The position numbers and the translations under genes are program-made. Shown piece after piece: positions 35,587 through 45,896 of a stretch of DNA of 45,896 nucleotides. The notes beneath the pieces are model-generated. The model made no database searches. It saw nothing but the letters and a program-made list of their open reading frames with translations, and had not been told where the DNA came from. The stretch comes from Octopus bimaculoides (Eukaryota), in contig NC_069003.1 of NCBI RefSeq assembly GCF_001194135.2, forward strand, positions 27,513,533 to 27,559,428. The letters are read 5' to 3'. Within the stretch, counting starts at the first letter, position 1. Each line of letters begins with the position of its first letter.

Positions 35587-36744
35587 AGCAAATATAAATA
35601 TCGTTATTTCGTATATGAAATAGAGCAGATGTTGTAGCCGTTGCCATGACGTGGTATATTCAACCTAATAACTGTTAGAAATGTCACTTTACATTTTATA
35701 CAATAAACCAATATCAGTTTTTACAAAGTAATATCATCGCGATATCCATATTCTGCATGACGGAGGTATGTCGTTTCAAATACGAAACGATATTGCAAAT
35801 TTTTATCGTATATTTCTTATATCAGAATAAATTTTGTATGATTCTTTTTTTTTATTTTGATCGTCTATGTCTATTTTACCGATATTATTCAAATCCCACG
35901 ATACATAATCCTGCATAATGCTTCTGTAGATTAACGTAATATGTTTTTGGTTGACACCAGCAACATCTTAGCGAATAACCGTAGTTGTTATCCTATCAAC
36001 GTATGATATTTATCGCCATCTACAGGAATATCAATACAAGAGCCCAACAGAAGTTCAGTGATAGTATTGGCAAGAATATTTCAAAAGCGAATGCAAAGAC
36101 TGTGTACTCGGCAGTAACATAAGACGATGACGAGCACCACCACCACCATGACCACCACCAAAACTTTCTCCATGACAATCATCAACGCTTCTGAGGCCAA
36201 AGACGGTTCGATCTAAACCTACTGCTTTTTTGAGTTTCGAACCGCAACATTTTAAAGCAGCTGCTCTTCCTGTTTCTGTAGTTGTTTGCTACTCCATTGC
36301 TCTGTCTCTTATCCGTCCTCCTCCTTCTCTCTCTCTCTCTCTCTCTTTCTCTGTTTCTCATTCTCTCTTTCCAGCTCACTGGTGCAGAAAGCTCGTAAGT
36401 TGTTTTTGCTATTACAAATGTAATAACTACCGTTTGCCCTGCTCTATCAGCTTTATTGCTCTGTATTTCTGCATTCGCGACGGGGTACAATTTTAAAATG
36501 ACTCCGTGGTTTTGACGAAAAATAACGACATTCAAATACTGCCGCGTTCCTTCGGTCACATATTTGCTCGACACTCTGTACTTTACCACGCGTCCATCTC
36601 GCGCCACAACCAGGGATAAATGCAGCTACCAAGTCCTTTGACTGTCACTCATGTGCCGTGGTACAAACCTAAGAATGTGTGTGTATCGATCTCTACTTGC
36701 CGTTTTGCCTCACGTTCGGTCCCGAAAATCTGATGCATACCACG

Positions 36745-36915
36745 ATAAAGCTTTTGGTCTGCAGCTACGTTCTGAGTTCAAATTCCGCCAGGGTCGACTT
36801 TGCTTTTCATCCTTTCGGGGTCGATAAATTAAGTACCAGTCAAGGACTGGAGTCGATGTGATCGACTTACTCCTCCCCGAAAATTTCAGGCCTTCTGACT
36901 ATAGTAAAAAGGATT
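36745..36915 (+). mobile_element. SINE family A, head decayed
   Basis: GTTCTGAGTTCAAATTCCGCC...TTTCATCCTTTCGGGGTCGATAAATTAAGTACCAG...CAGGCCTTCTGACTATAGTAAAAAGG. Confidence 0.85.
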
Positions 36916-37594
36916 TTTCTTCTTCTTTTTCCTCTTCTTCTTCTTCTTCTTCTTACTATTATTATTATTATTATTATTATTATTGTCATCGTCGTCATCA
37001 TCATCACCACCATCTTCATCGTCGTCATTCTTGTCATCATCATCATCATTACCATCATTGTCATCCTCACTGTCACCGTCATCACCATGATCACCATTCC
37101 ATCATCATCATCATCATCATCAACAAGAACAACAATAACAGCAGCAGGAACAATCCACATATGAACATGCGAAGAGGTAGGTGGGTTGGTACAATACTAT
37201 CCGAAAGCAATAATGTCTAATTTGACAGTGCTGTTGTGGTTGTTGTTGTTGATGTTGCTGTGGCGGTGGTGGTGTCATTGTTGTTCTGAAAATACAACCA
37301 AAATTACATCCTGGTACACCACCACCACCTCCACCACAATACTCTTGTTATACGGCGTTCACTACATTTTTCTTTAAAAAAAAACATATATATATATATA
37401 TATATATATAGTTCAAAAACACAATAACAAAAAAACAAAAAAACAACAAAGTGAGGACGTGATATGGATAGTATTATTGGACGCTCAGGAAAGGAAAGAG
37501 AGAGTGTATGACGTTTCGGGCGTAGCCCTTCGTCGGAAAGATGGAAAGTTCGGAGAATGGAAGAACGGAGAAAGAGGAAAATGGTACCGATGCC

Positions 37595-37625
<31 letters not shown>

Positions 37626-38095
37626 ATGTATTGATCGATCGTTCTAATAACTCAACACATATTGTCTCTTTTGGCAAGATTCAGGAATTGTGGGCATAAA
37701 GTAAATAAATAAATAATCAATCGTTAAAGGAAACTCCCTTGTTTTGCTGTGGCCATCAACAGCAACAACGATAATGATAATGATAATGATGATGATGATA
37801 ATGATGATGATGGTAATAAGAATAAAGATAATAAAATAACATCAACGATAACGACAATGATGATGACGATGATGATGATGATGATAAAGTTAATAACAAC
37901 GATGAATGATGATGATAATAATAATGATAATGATGATAATAATAATAATGATAATAATAATAATGATAATAATAATGATAATAATAATAATAATAATAAT
38001 AATAGTAATAAAGATAATAAAATAACATTAACAATAACGATGATGATGATGATGATGATGATCATAATAATAATAATAAGAAGAAGAATGTAGAA
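36915..38095. repeat. Trinucleotide field: (CTT)(TAT)(CAT) at 36915-37140 and (AAT)/(GAT) at 37760-38095
   Basis: Direct reading. Confidence 0.9.
37506..37540 (-). ncRNA. Minimal hammerhead-like motif, U4>C lesion, in a probable PLE pseudo-LTR remnant (37440-37600)
   Basis: Reverse complement: CCGACGA A GGGC-TAC-GCCC GAAAC GTC. Confidence 0.5.
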
Positions 38096-38570
38096 TGATG
38101 GATTGCCTTTAATTTCAGAATTTAGACTTATTTTGTTGATTCTTATCATCGCTTTTCGACAATAATCGAACTATAAAATGAATATTCGTAGAGACAAAGT
38201 TCAGATCGAAAATAACTGTGATTAATTCAAACGATTATTTTATATGAAATGAAATATATGAGAGAGAATATTGTATGTGAATAGATTTCGAAAGGGGGTT
38301 CTTGTTTGTTTTTATTAATGCTATGAGTTCGATTTTTTTTAACTGTCTATTTAGGTTAGCTTAATTAAACACAGATGGCTCGCCCACACTTTCACCCCGG
38401 AGCTATTCAACCTGAATGTATCTCCAATATTTATCGAGTTATTTCTGATTCCTCATGTTCGGAGAAATCTACTGGGAAATCAAAGATGTGTTTATGAAGA
38501 AACTGAATGAAAGAAACTTTGATGTACCCACGAGGAAACAAAATAGAAACGACAAAAAGAAAAAAGAGCA

Positions 38571-38820
38571 GAAGGAACTATGAAGCAAGTAAATAGAAAC
38601 GAAAAAAAAAGAAGCAGTTACATTGAAGCAACTAAATTGAAGGAACCAGGAAGCAACTAAATAGAAACGGAAAAAAAGAAGCAGTTACATTGAAGCAACC
38701 AAACGGAAAAAATTAGAGGCAACTAAATTGAAGGAACCAGGAAGCAACTAAATAGAAACGGAAAAAAAGAAGCAGTTACACTGAAGCGACCAAACTGAAG
38801 GAACTAGGAAGCAACTAAAT
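38571..38820 (+). repeat. ~68-bp minisatellite (~3.7 units) with internal GAAGCAACTAAAT sub-repeats
   Basis: GAAGGAAC(C/T)A.GAAGCAA.TAAATAGAAACG recurs at ~38571, 38639, 38730 and 38797. Confidence 0.9.
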
Positions 38821-39049
38821 ATTTTTGCGACTCCGTGGTCTTTGCACGCTACGATCTCCTTTAATGACCTGTGGTCACCGGACAACACCAACTCCATCTA
38901 CTCCAATATTGTTAAGGTGAACTGTCAAAGGATCCTATACGTGGTTGATCGACAAGCTAGAAATAACAGTGAAAATACATTGGAAGGGGTAGCCATAGAT
39001 GGAATGCCGTTGATCATAGGTCTGCTTGATCAAGGCTGACCTGCGGCTA

Positions 39050-39470
39050 AAGAAGGAGGAGGAGAAGACAAGAAGAAGAGGAGGAGGAAGAAGGGGAAGA
39101 AGAGGAAGAAGAGGAAGAAGGGGAAGAAGAAGAATATGAAGACGAAAGAGAAGAGGAAGGTGAAGACGACAAGAAGGAGAGAAGGAGAAAGAAGACAAGA
39201 ATAAGAAGAGAAGGGGAGGAGCAAGAAGAAGAGAAGGAAGAAGACAAGAAGGAGGAAGAAGACAAGAAAAGGAGGAAGAATACAAGAATAAGAGAAGAGG
39301 AGGAGCAAGAAGAAGAAGAAGAAATGGAGACGACGAAGAAGAGTGGGAAGAAGGGGAGGAAGACGAATAAGAAGGGGAGAAAGAAGAAGAAGGGAAGGGA
39401 AGTGGAAGAAGAAGAGGTGGAGAAAGGAGAAAAAGAAGGAAATGAAAAAGAAAAAGAACAACAACAATAA
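39050..39470 (+). repeat. ~420-bp near purine-only (GAA/GGA) tract
   Basis: Direct reading. Confidence 0.9.
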
Positions 39471-40821
39471 TACGAAAAGCGTGAGTCAACGAATGAGTCT
39501 TTAGATGGTGGAATGACGAACTGAAAATAGCGAAATATCGCTTATATCATTATCGTACTATTTTAAAAGCTGGTTGAATGATGTAGTCCCTGATGCACAA
39601 TATCTAGAATAAAAGCTGGGATGATCATGGTTGGAATGCAACAACAACATTGAGTGGAATCCGTCCACTCATTTGTCAAACTCTTTCCTTATACACAACA
39701 ACCTTCTAATCGTGTTGTGTTCGCTACCTACCTCTTTCTTCCATCTCTCACCTCCTTCTCTCTCCTACTCCTCCTTCCACTCTCTATTTCGACCCTGTTA
39801 TTTGTACGTTGGCGTCGTGACACACTTCGCTGCATTATCGTATCTCTCTCTTGCTAAATCTCATAATGCTTCATTAGGCAGACTTAGCTGTTTCTGTAAA
39901 AGCAAAGCGAAAGAAAAAAACACCACAACAAACTAAATATCCACTTCACTTATATCACGAACGCAACAGTAAAATTAAAAATAATAATAATAGTGATAAT
40001 GATAAAAAAAAGAATGAAAGGATTAAAACTCTACAAGTTCCTATTAACCCACTTCAACTTAAAGTTCCTCTTGTATTGCTTCTAAAAGATTTAATCTTGA
40101 AGAGAAACTTGAAAATTAGGTCTTTCTGCATTCATATAGATTTAAATCAATATTATTTACAACCATCAATCGACTTAACCAAAAACGGTTATAAAGCTTC
40201 ATCTACTAATCAAAATAAATTTTACAAATTAACCCGCGGGAAAATAATTAAGGCTGCAACCGCCGCGATAAATAACAGTCAAATTAGGACCATCGTTGTA
40301 AATGTTATGAAGGACAAAAATCTAATCGCTATATTTATATTTACTTTTTAATTAATGCCTATCATTGTTTGTATAATTATTTTCAGATAATGTCTATCGA
40401 TATTGTCATTGATTCTCTCATCGCCAATATGGCAAGTAAAAGGAAGAAAAAAAGGCAATGATTGGCTGAAAATGTATGATAACGCTGAAACATGTTAGGA
40501 AGTGTAGCCTCTTACTTGGGAAAATCAGATTAATGTTAATCGTTAATCTAATCTTATTTTCGCACCACTTCAGTATTCTTAATTAATTAGATTTTCCCCT
40601 TCGCCTCATTAACAGTAATGACACTAATTGAATTGTACAAAAGTAATACAAAGAAAATCATTTATTTACATCTCTGTTAGATTGATATTTATTGTATATT
40701 TATAAAGTATGACGCGGTCACAAGGTGAGATGTTACATATTCGCTTTATTGGCGAAGTCAATGCGTGAAATTATTCATTAAACTGCTCCTTTACATTAAT
40801 TAAACTTTAAGCATACATAGG

Positions 40822-40901
40822 ATAAAATCCTTTCAGAGCAGAAAAATTTGTTAGCAACCAGCTGGTTGCTATCAAATTTTTCTGCTCTAAAAGGATTTTA
40901 T
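40822..40901. repeat. 80-bp spacer-less palindrome (38/40 pairs)
   Basis: ATAAAATCCTTTCAGAGCAGAAAAATTTGTTAGCAACCAG|CTGGTTGCTATCAAATTTTTCTGCTCTAAAAGGATTTTAT. Confidence 0.95.
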
Positions 40902-40954
40902 TCTATATAAAAGCACGTAATTAAACACGTTTTAGGTTCAAAATCTTTGGACAT

Positions 40955-41012
40955 CGAAATACAGCTAAGTATTTCACCCGGCGAGCTAACGTTTCTGCTG
41001 GCTCGCCGCCTG
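40955..41012 (-). mobile_element. SINE family A head fragment
   Basis: GCTAAGTATTTCACCCGGCGAGCTAACGTTTCTGCTGGCTCGCCGCC. Confidence 0.75.
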
Positions 41013-41034
41013 AAGCTTCCAAATTTTAAGGTAA

Positions 41035-41100
41035 AGACCCCCTTCGGTCATGAATGACCATGGGATTGCACCTAGAAAGTTACCCTCGGAGGCACAAGCT
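41035..41100. repeat. Short interspersed repeat end GACCCCCTTCGGTCAT, also at 29155-29171
   Basis: Same 16-mer at both sites; probably a retroposon 3' end. Confidence 0.45.
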
Positions 41101-41189
41101 GATTAAGTGTATTTACATCATTTGTCTACAGCGAGAAATTTTCTCCATAACAAAACAGAGTGAATGGCTTGTTTACGAATTCGAACTTG

Positions 41190-41680
41190 TCACTGGCATA
41201 TTCGAACTGGTAATAACTTTGCATTGTCCAAACAACTTGTTCTTGGTCTACGCCTAAGTATCCTGCCAGTTGGTTCGGCTTCAAGAATCCGTCTTCCGAT
41301 TCTTTCCTATGGCATTCTAATCTCGTCCCCCCGTACTGGAGCTGTAAGCGCTCAATGCAGACAAGTAGCCGCTCAAACGTGGAGAAATTCCTCGATCTCC
41401 GACCTGTTGATTTGCGTTGTACTAGAGGTCATTCAGAGGAAGCCTATTTCGCTCGCTTGCATTTGCGATAGGACGCTTTCAGTCATTATCCAATATTGAT
41501 AACCATGGGAGAAGATAGGCACGAGAACCAAATCGGAGAATGTTAGTGACTATAAAATTCCATTCATCCATTCCTCTTCTTCACCAACGCTTCCTGAGAA
41601 GATCGTTTCGATAGTTTGGTATTTTCTTTTACCAACCTCAACACTTCAAAGTTTCCAATACATATTGGGATTTTAGCATA
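41190..41680 (-). mobile_element. Decayed RTE-clade LINE 3' fragment (second family)
   Basis: Reverse complement: VLVPIFSHGYQYWIMTESVLSQMQASEIGFL*..ERLLVCIERLQLQYGG..RMP*ERIGRRILEAEPTGRILRRRPRTSCLDNAK. Confidence 0.85.
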
Positions 41681-41699
41681 AGTCTAGCAAGTTCAGGAA

Positions 41700-42297
41700 T
41701 AGGAGTAAGTTGATTACGTCGACCCCAGTGTTCAACTGGTGCTTATTTTATCGACCCTGAAAGGATGAAAGGCAAATTCGTCGGGGGAATTTGAACTCAA
41801 CGGACGCAATACTGCTAAGCATTTTGCCAGACGTGCTAACAATTTTCCCAGCTCGTCGCCTTAAAATTAACACTATATAATGATTTCAAATTTTGGTACA
41901 AGGCCAGCAATTTTATGCAGAGGATGAGTCGATTACACCGACTCCAGTGTTCAACTGGTACTTGGAAAAAATTAAAGTCGACCTCAGCGGAATTTGATCT
42001 CAGAATGTGAAGATAACCGAATATTTTTTTCCCCCGGTGTGCTAACGATTTCACCAGCTCGCCGTCTTGAAATTAACGATACATATTCTTTTCTACTCTA
42101 GTCACAAGGCTCGAAATTTTTGGTGAGGGGGCCAGTCGATTAGATCGACCCCAATACGCAACTGGTATCTAATTTATCGACTCCGAAAGGAAAAGTCGAC
42201 CTTGGCGAAATTCGAACTCAGAACATAGAGACAGACGAAATACCGCAAAGCATTATCGCCCGGTGTGCTAACGATTCTGCCAGCTCGCCGCCTTAAA
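41700..42297 (-). mobile_element. Three stacked SINE family A copies (~41700-41863, 41880-42069, 42086-42295)
   Basis: Three heads (reverse complement ...CAGCTCGCCGCCTTAA), each followed by an AAATTAAC-starting 16-mer. Confidence 0.9.
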
Positions 42298-42648
42298 ATT
42301 AACGCTGCATATTAAGGCATGTACTATGTGGCATATGCAATAAGTAAAGCATGTACTAAGTGACACGGCTATTATGTGACACGTGCACTGACTTGTGTAC
42401 TAAGTGACTAATGCATTGTTCAAGATTCAAAGAAAAGCTGCCTACGCCTTGTATTGTATTGTATTGTGGAAATACCATCTTTCAACTTCCGATAATTACC
42501 AACAGTTTCCCGATCTATTCAACTGTTTGCATAATTTTTGAGAAGACAAAAGATAATGTGTTGTACAACATTACAGCATTGTAGTAAATTCAGAGGTGTA
42601 TAATGCAGTTTTTGTTGTACCGGTGTGTAATTATGTGGTTATATGTTC

Positions 42649-42698
<50 letters not shown>

Positions 42699-42958
42699 TA
42701 TTTATATACATATATATATATACTCATATACATATATATATATATATTTACATATATAGATATGTATACACACACACATATATATGTATATATGTATATA
42801 TCTATGTATATATACATATGTATCTATATGTACGTATATATATGCATATATATATGTATATATATGTGTGTATGTATATGTATATTTGTATATGTATATC
42901 TATATGTATATATTCATGATATATATATATATATATATATATATATNNNNNNNNNNCA

Positions 42959-43000
<42 letters not shown>

Positions 43001-43056
43001 ATACATATTAATATATATATATATATATATACACACACATACATACATACATATTA

Positions 43057-43088
<32 letters not shown>

Positions 43089-43452
43089 ATACATACATAT
43101 TAATATATATATATATACATACATACATACATATTAATATATATATATGTATGTATATATGTATGTATGTATATATAAACTATTGAAAAGCAGTTTAAAT
43201 TACTATAGTACACACGTTTCCATAATGGACTTATTATAAGTTCATACAAAAAATAACCATTATTTCCTCAGCAATTGAAATTTAAATAAATATTAAAAAC
43301 GAAGAAAAGTATAGTGTTTGATATCAAACGATGATGAATACATTCCATACGGTTGGCGAAAAAAATAATAATAATTACGAAAATTAGCAAATGAAAAAGG
43401 ACCAATATAACATATACATGCATATGTAGAAAGTGAAGGCTCAGTGGTTAGG

Positions 43453-43744
43453 TATAACCATCATGACTACCCATCTGATAAGGATACACTAGGCACATGC
43501 ATCGCAACCATATGTGCATGAATAGAACATCCATGTTTCCAAAAATGAATTATTCAAACCCCAAAGAATTCCTCTGAACACATGGCTATGATGCTCCCTC
43601 ACTACTTCTGCTCGTGATCAGAGATGCACATATCGTCAGCCACTAAGGGACGTGCTCAACTGATTAAGGTCAGACAAGTGACAAGCAGATCTGTGGTATT
43701 GAGCAGATTATTTGCTGTAGCCCATCTTTTATACCAAGACAAAA

Positions 43745-43746
<2 letters not shown>
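43453..43746 (-). mobile_element. Family E copy with internal deletion
   Basis: High similarity to 5070-5490. Confidence 0.8.
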
Positions 43747-43792
<46 letters not shown>

Positions 43793-43974
43793 CTCTTGTT
43801 TGTCATTAGACTTCGATCATGTTGAAGCTCAATTGTTTTAGTGAAACAAATCGACCCTAGCTTCAACAACAGCAACTGCAGAGTTGGATTTCAAAAGGGA
43901 AAAAAACAGCAATGTCTTACAGGTATCTCAGTATATGTTAAAGAATAAAATAAACGTAACGTCACTGCGCACGC

Positions 43975-44009
<35 letters not shown>

Positions 44010-45326
44010 GAAAATACATACACACACTTATCGCTATCAAACGCAATCTAATCCCCAAGCATATTCGCTAAGTCGACAAATGCCTGACAAATCCACTTAG
44101 AATATGCTGAATCAGACTCTGAAACTTTTGTTTTGAGGGTAAAATATATTGTGATTGATTAGATCTTATTCGCTATATTTCTTTGTTTCAAAATAACTTC
44201 TACGCACAAAAAAATGCTACAGTCTGGTAATAAAATTGCAACCGTGAGATGGAACAATTAACAGACAAGCGAGACGTTGTTGCTATAGCGAGCGCCATAC
44301 TTATGCTACGACACTAGATCAAAATATCACCGTCGTATCTTTCTTGTTGTGGCTGTTGTTGTTTTTGGTTGTTTTTGTTTTTGTGCTATCGATTGTATCT
44401 GGCCGAAAGAAAGTATTAACGCTGAGTTTTAAAATAATCTTTTATTATCGTCTCTCACTGACAAAGTTTGCGCACGTTGTTTGTATTATAGGATTGAGAA
44501 GTTATGGCTATGTTATCTGGTGGCCATCTTCGATATGAGATCGCTATGGAAATAGTAGGATGTAGAATTGCAAAAAATATATATTAGGAAAACAAATGGA
44601 AGATGGCTGAAGTAAATGCAGGGATAACTCTTCACTTGTATATACAAAAATAAATTACGTGCGCACAAAACATGTGCGTATGTATATATATTATTATTTC
44701 TTTCTTTTATTTGTTTCGGTCATTTGACTGCGGCCATGCTGGAGCACCGCTTTTAGTCGAACAAATCGACCCCAGTTGGTAGTGTTTGATGTCGTTGTTA
44801 TTGTCGCTTTTGTTGTTGTTGTTTTTGTTGTTGCTGTTCTTTTTTGCTGTTTCTGTTGTTACTGTTATCGCTGACATCGTTATTGCTGTTGTTGTTGCTA
44901 CAAATGTTGGTACTGCTGCTGCTGTTGTTGTTGTTGTTGTTATTGTGCATCGAACTAAGCAAATGTCCGTTAATGAGAATATTTGTGTTGGTTGCCAAAT
45001 GGACGATTTCTCTTTACAAGACGAGAAAAAAAAACCAAAAAAAAACCCAGTCAGTTATGAAATAATTAATCAAGACTTGTTTCAGCAAAATCAAATCAAA
45101 TCAAACCAGATATCAGACGTAGTTTGTCAAGAAGCCAATGGCTATCAGAAACAAGTAACAATACAAACAAAGTCAGTATAGAAAACAAATGGTATTTGTT
45201 TTTTAAACGTGATTTTCAAAAGAAATCTCTTTGGCATTAACTAGACTAAAATACAATGTAATAATATGTACCGACGCAGTTAGAGAATGTCACTGACGCA
45301 GATAGCAGTAGAGCGTTGCACTAAAC

Positions 45327-45450
45327 CAGTAGTTTTCAACTGGAGTTCGTATGACCCAACGAGGTTTGGCCCGAGGGTGTCCATTTGGTGCTGAGGGGTT
45401 TATATGGCGCTAGGGGCGAGGGGCCTATGTAGGATTTTGTTGTTAAAGTT
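45327..45450 (+). mobile_element. Possible hAT-like left end only
   Basis: CAGTAGTTTTCAACTGG resembles CAGTGGTTCTCAAC-type TIRs; no right TIR found. Confidence 0.3.
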
Positions 45451-45487
45451 TATGTGCGATGAATTGATTATACTTCTGGAATTCTGT

Positions 45488-45839
45488 TCTTTCTTTTACT
45501 TGTTTCAGTCATTTGACTGCGGCCGTGCTGGAGCACCACCATTAGTTGAACAAACCGCCCCCAGGTCTTATTCTTTGTAAGCCTATATATATGTATATAA
45601 GTATGTATGTGCATTTATAGATGTGTATATGTATAAATACATGTATATATGTATAAATACACATATATAAATATATATGTATATATGTATGGATATATGT
45701 ATGTAGCGGTTCGGCAAAAGAGAACGATAGAATAAGTACTAATTTATTCTACCGGTTTTCTTTTGCCGAACCGCTAAGTTACGAGGACGTAAACACACCA
45801 ACATCGATTGTCAAGAGATGATGGGGAACAAACACAGAC

Positions 45840-45850
<11 letters not shown>
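45488..45850 (-). mobile_element. SINE family D 3' half with internal inverted duplication; shorter 3' ends at 23035-23082 and 44700-44775
   Basis: GTTTC(A/G)GT(C/T)ATTTGACTGCGGCC(A/G)TG...AGCACC at all three sites. Confidence 0.8.

Positions 45851-45896
<46 letters not shown>

Larger units (their letters stand above)
903..42956. other. Assembly gaps: 903-1032, 5508-5517, 7975-8436, 10622-10631, 11314-11323, 12757-13745, 23836-24247, 25469-25687, 29537-29546, 34920-34929, 42947-42956
   Basis: Runs of N, mostly bordered by microsatellites. Confidence 1.

Noticed and set aside
1833-38930. Phase-compatible multi-exon gene models
   Set aside because: Consistent chains can be built on either strand, so phase compatibility alone does not discriminate; no recognisable protein resulted.
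1-45896. Most ORFs in the supplied track ([12 protein letters not shown], poly-L/M/I/N/F/K, X-runs)
   Set aside because: They are translations of di- and trinucleotide microsatellites or run through N-gaps.

Overview
Eukaryotic, AT-rich, gapped draft-assembly DNA (11 N-gaps, about 2.3 kb). Its repeat families match what I recall of Octopus genomes; this is an inference, not a database result. There are no prokaryotic features, no CRISPR array, and no real tRNA or rRNA genes, and almost every ORF in the supplied track is a translated microsatellite or runs through an N-gap. The window is a dense retroelement graveyard. It holds about 16 copies or fragments of one tRNA-derived SINE family with swappable tails, three other SINE families, three decayed RTE-clade LINE fragments, a decayed RLE-type non-LTR endonuclease, a decayed Penelope-like (Naiad-type) GIY-YIG region, a hAT-like MITE, and four minimal hammerhead-ribozyme-like motifs, each with a lesion. 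The best-supported structural observations are an 18-bp TSD showing a SINE inserted into an RTE, three SINEs stacked at one 16-bp target, an 80-bp spacer-less palindrome, a SINE foldback hairpin and an inverted SINE pair. Several unique GC-richer islands have splice-like signals and may be exons of a large-intron host gene, but I could not fix its strand or identity. I found no convincing evidence for a new gene system.
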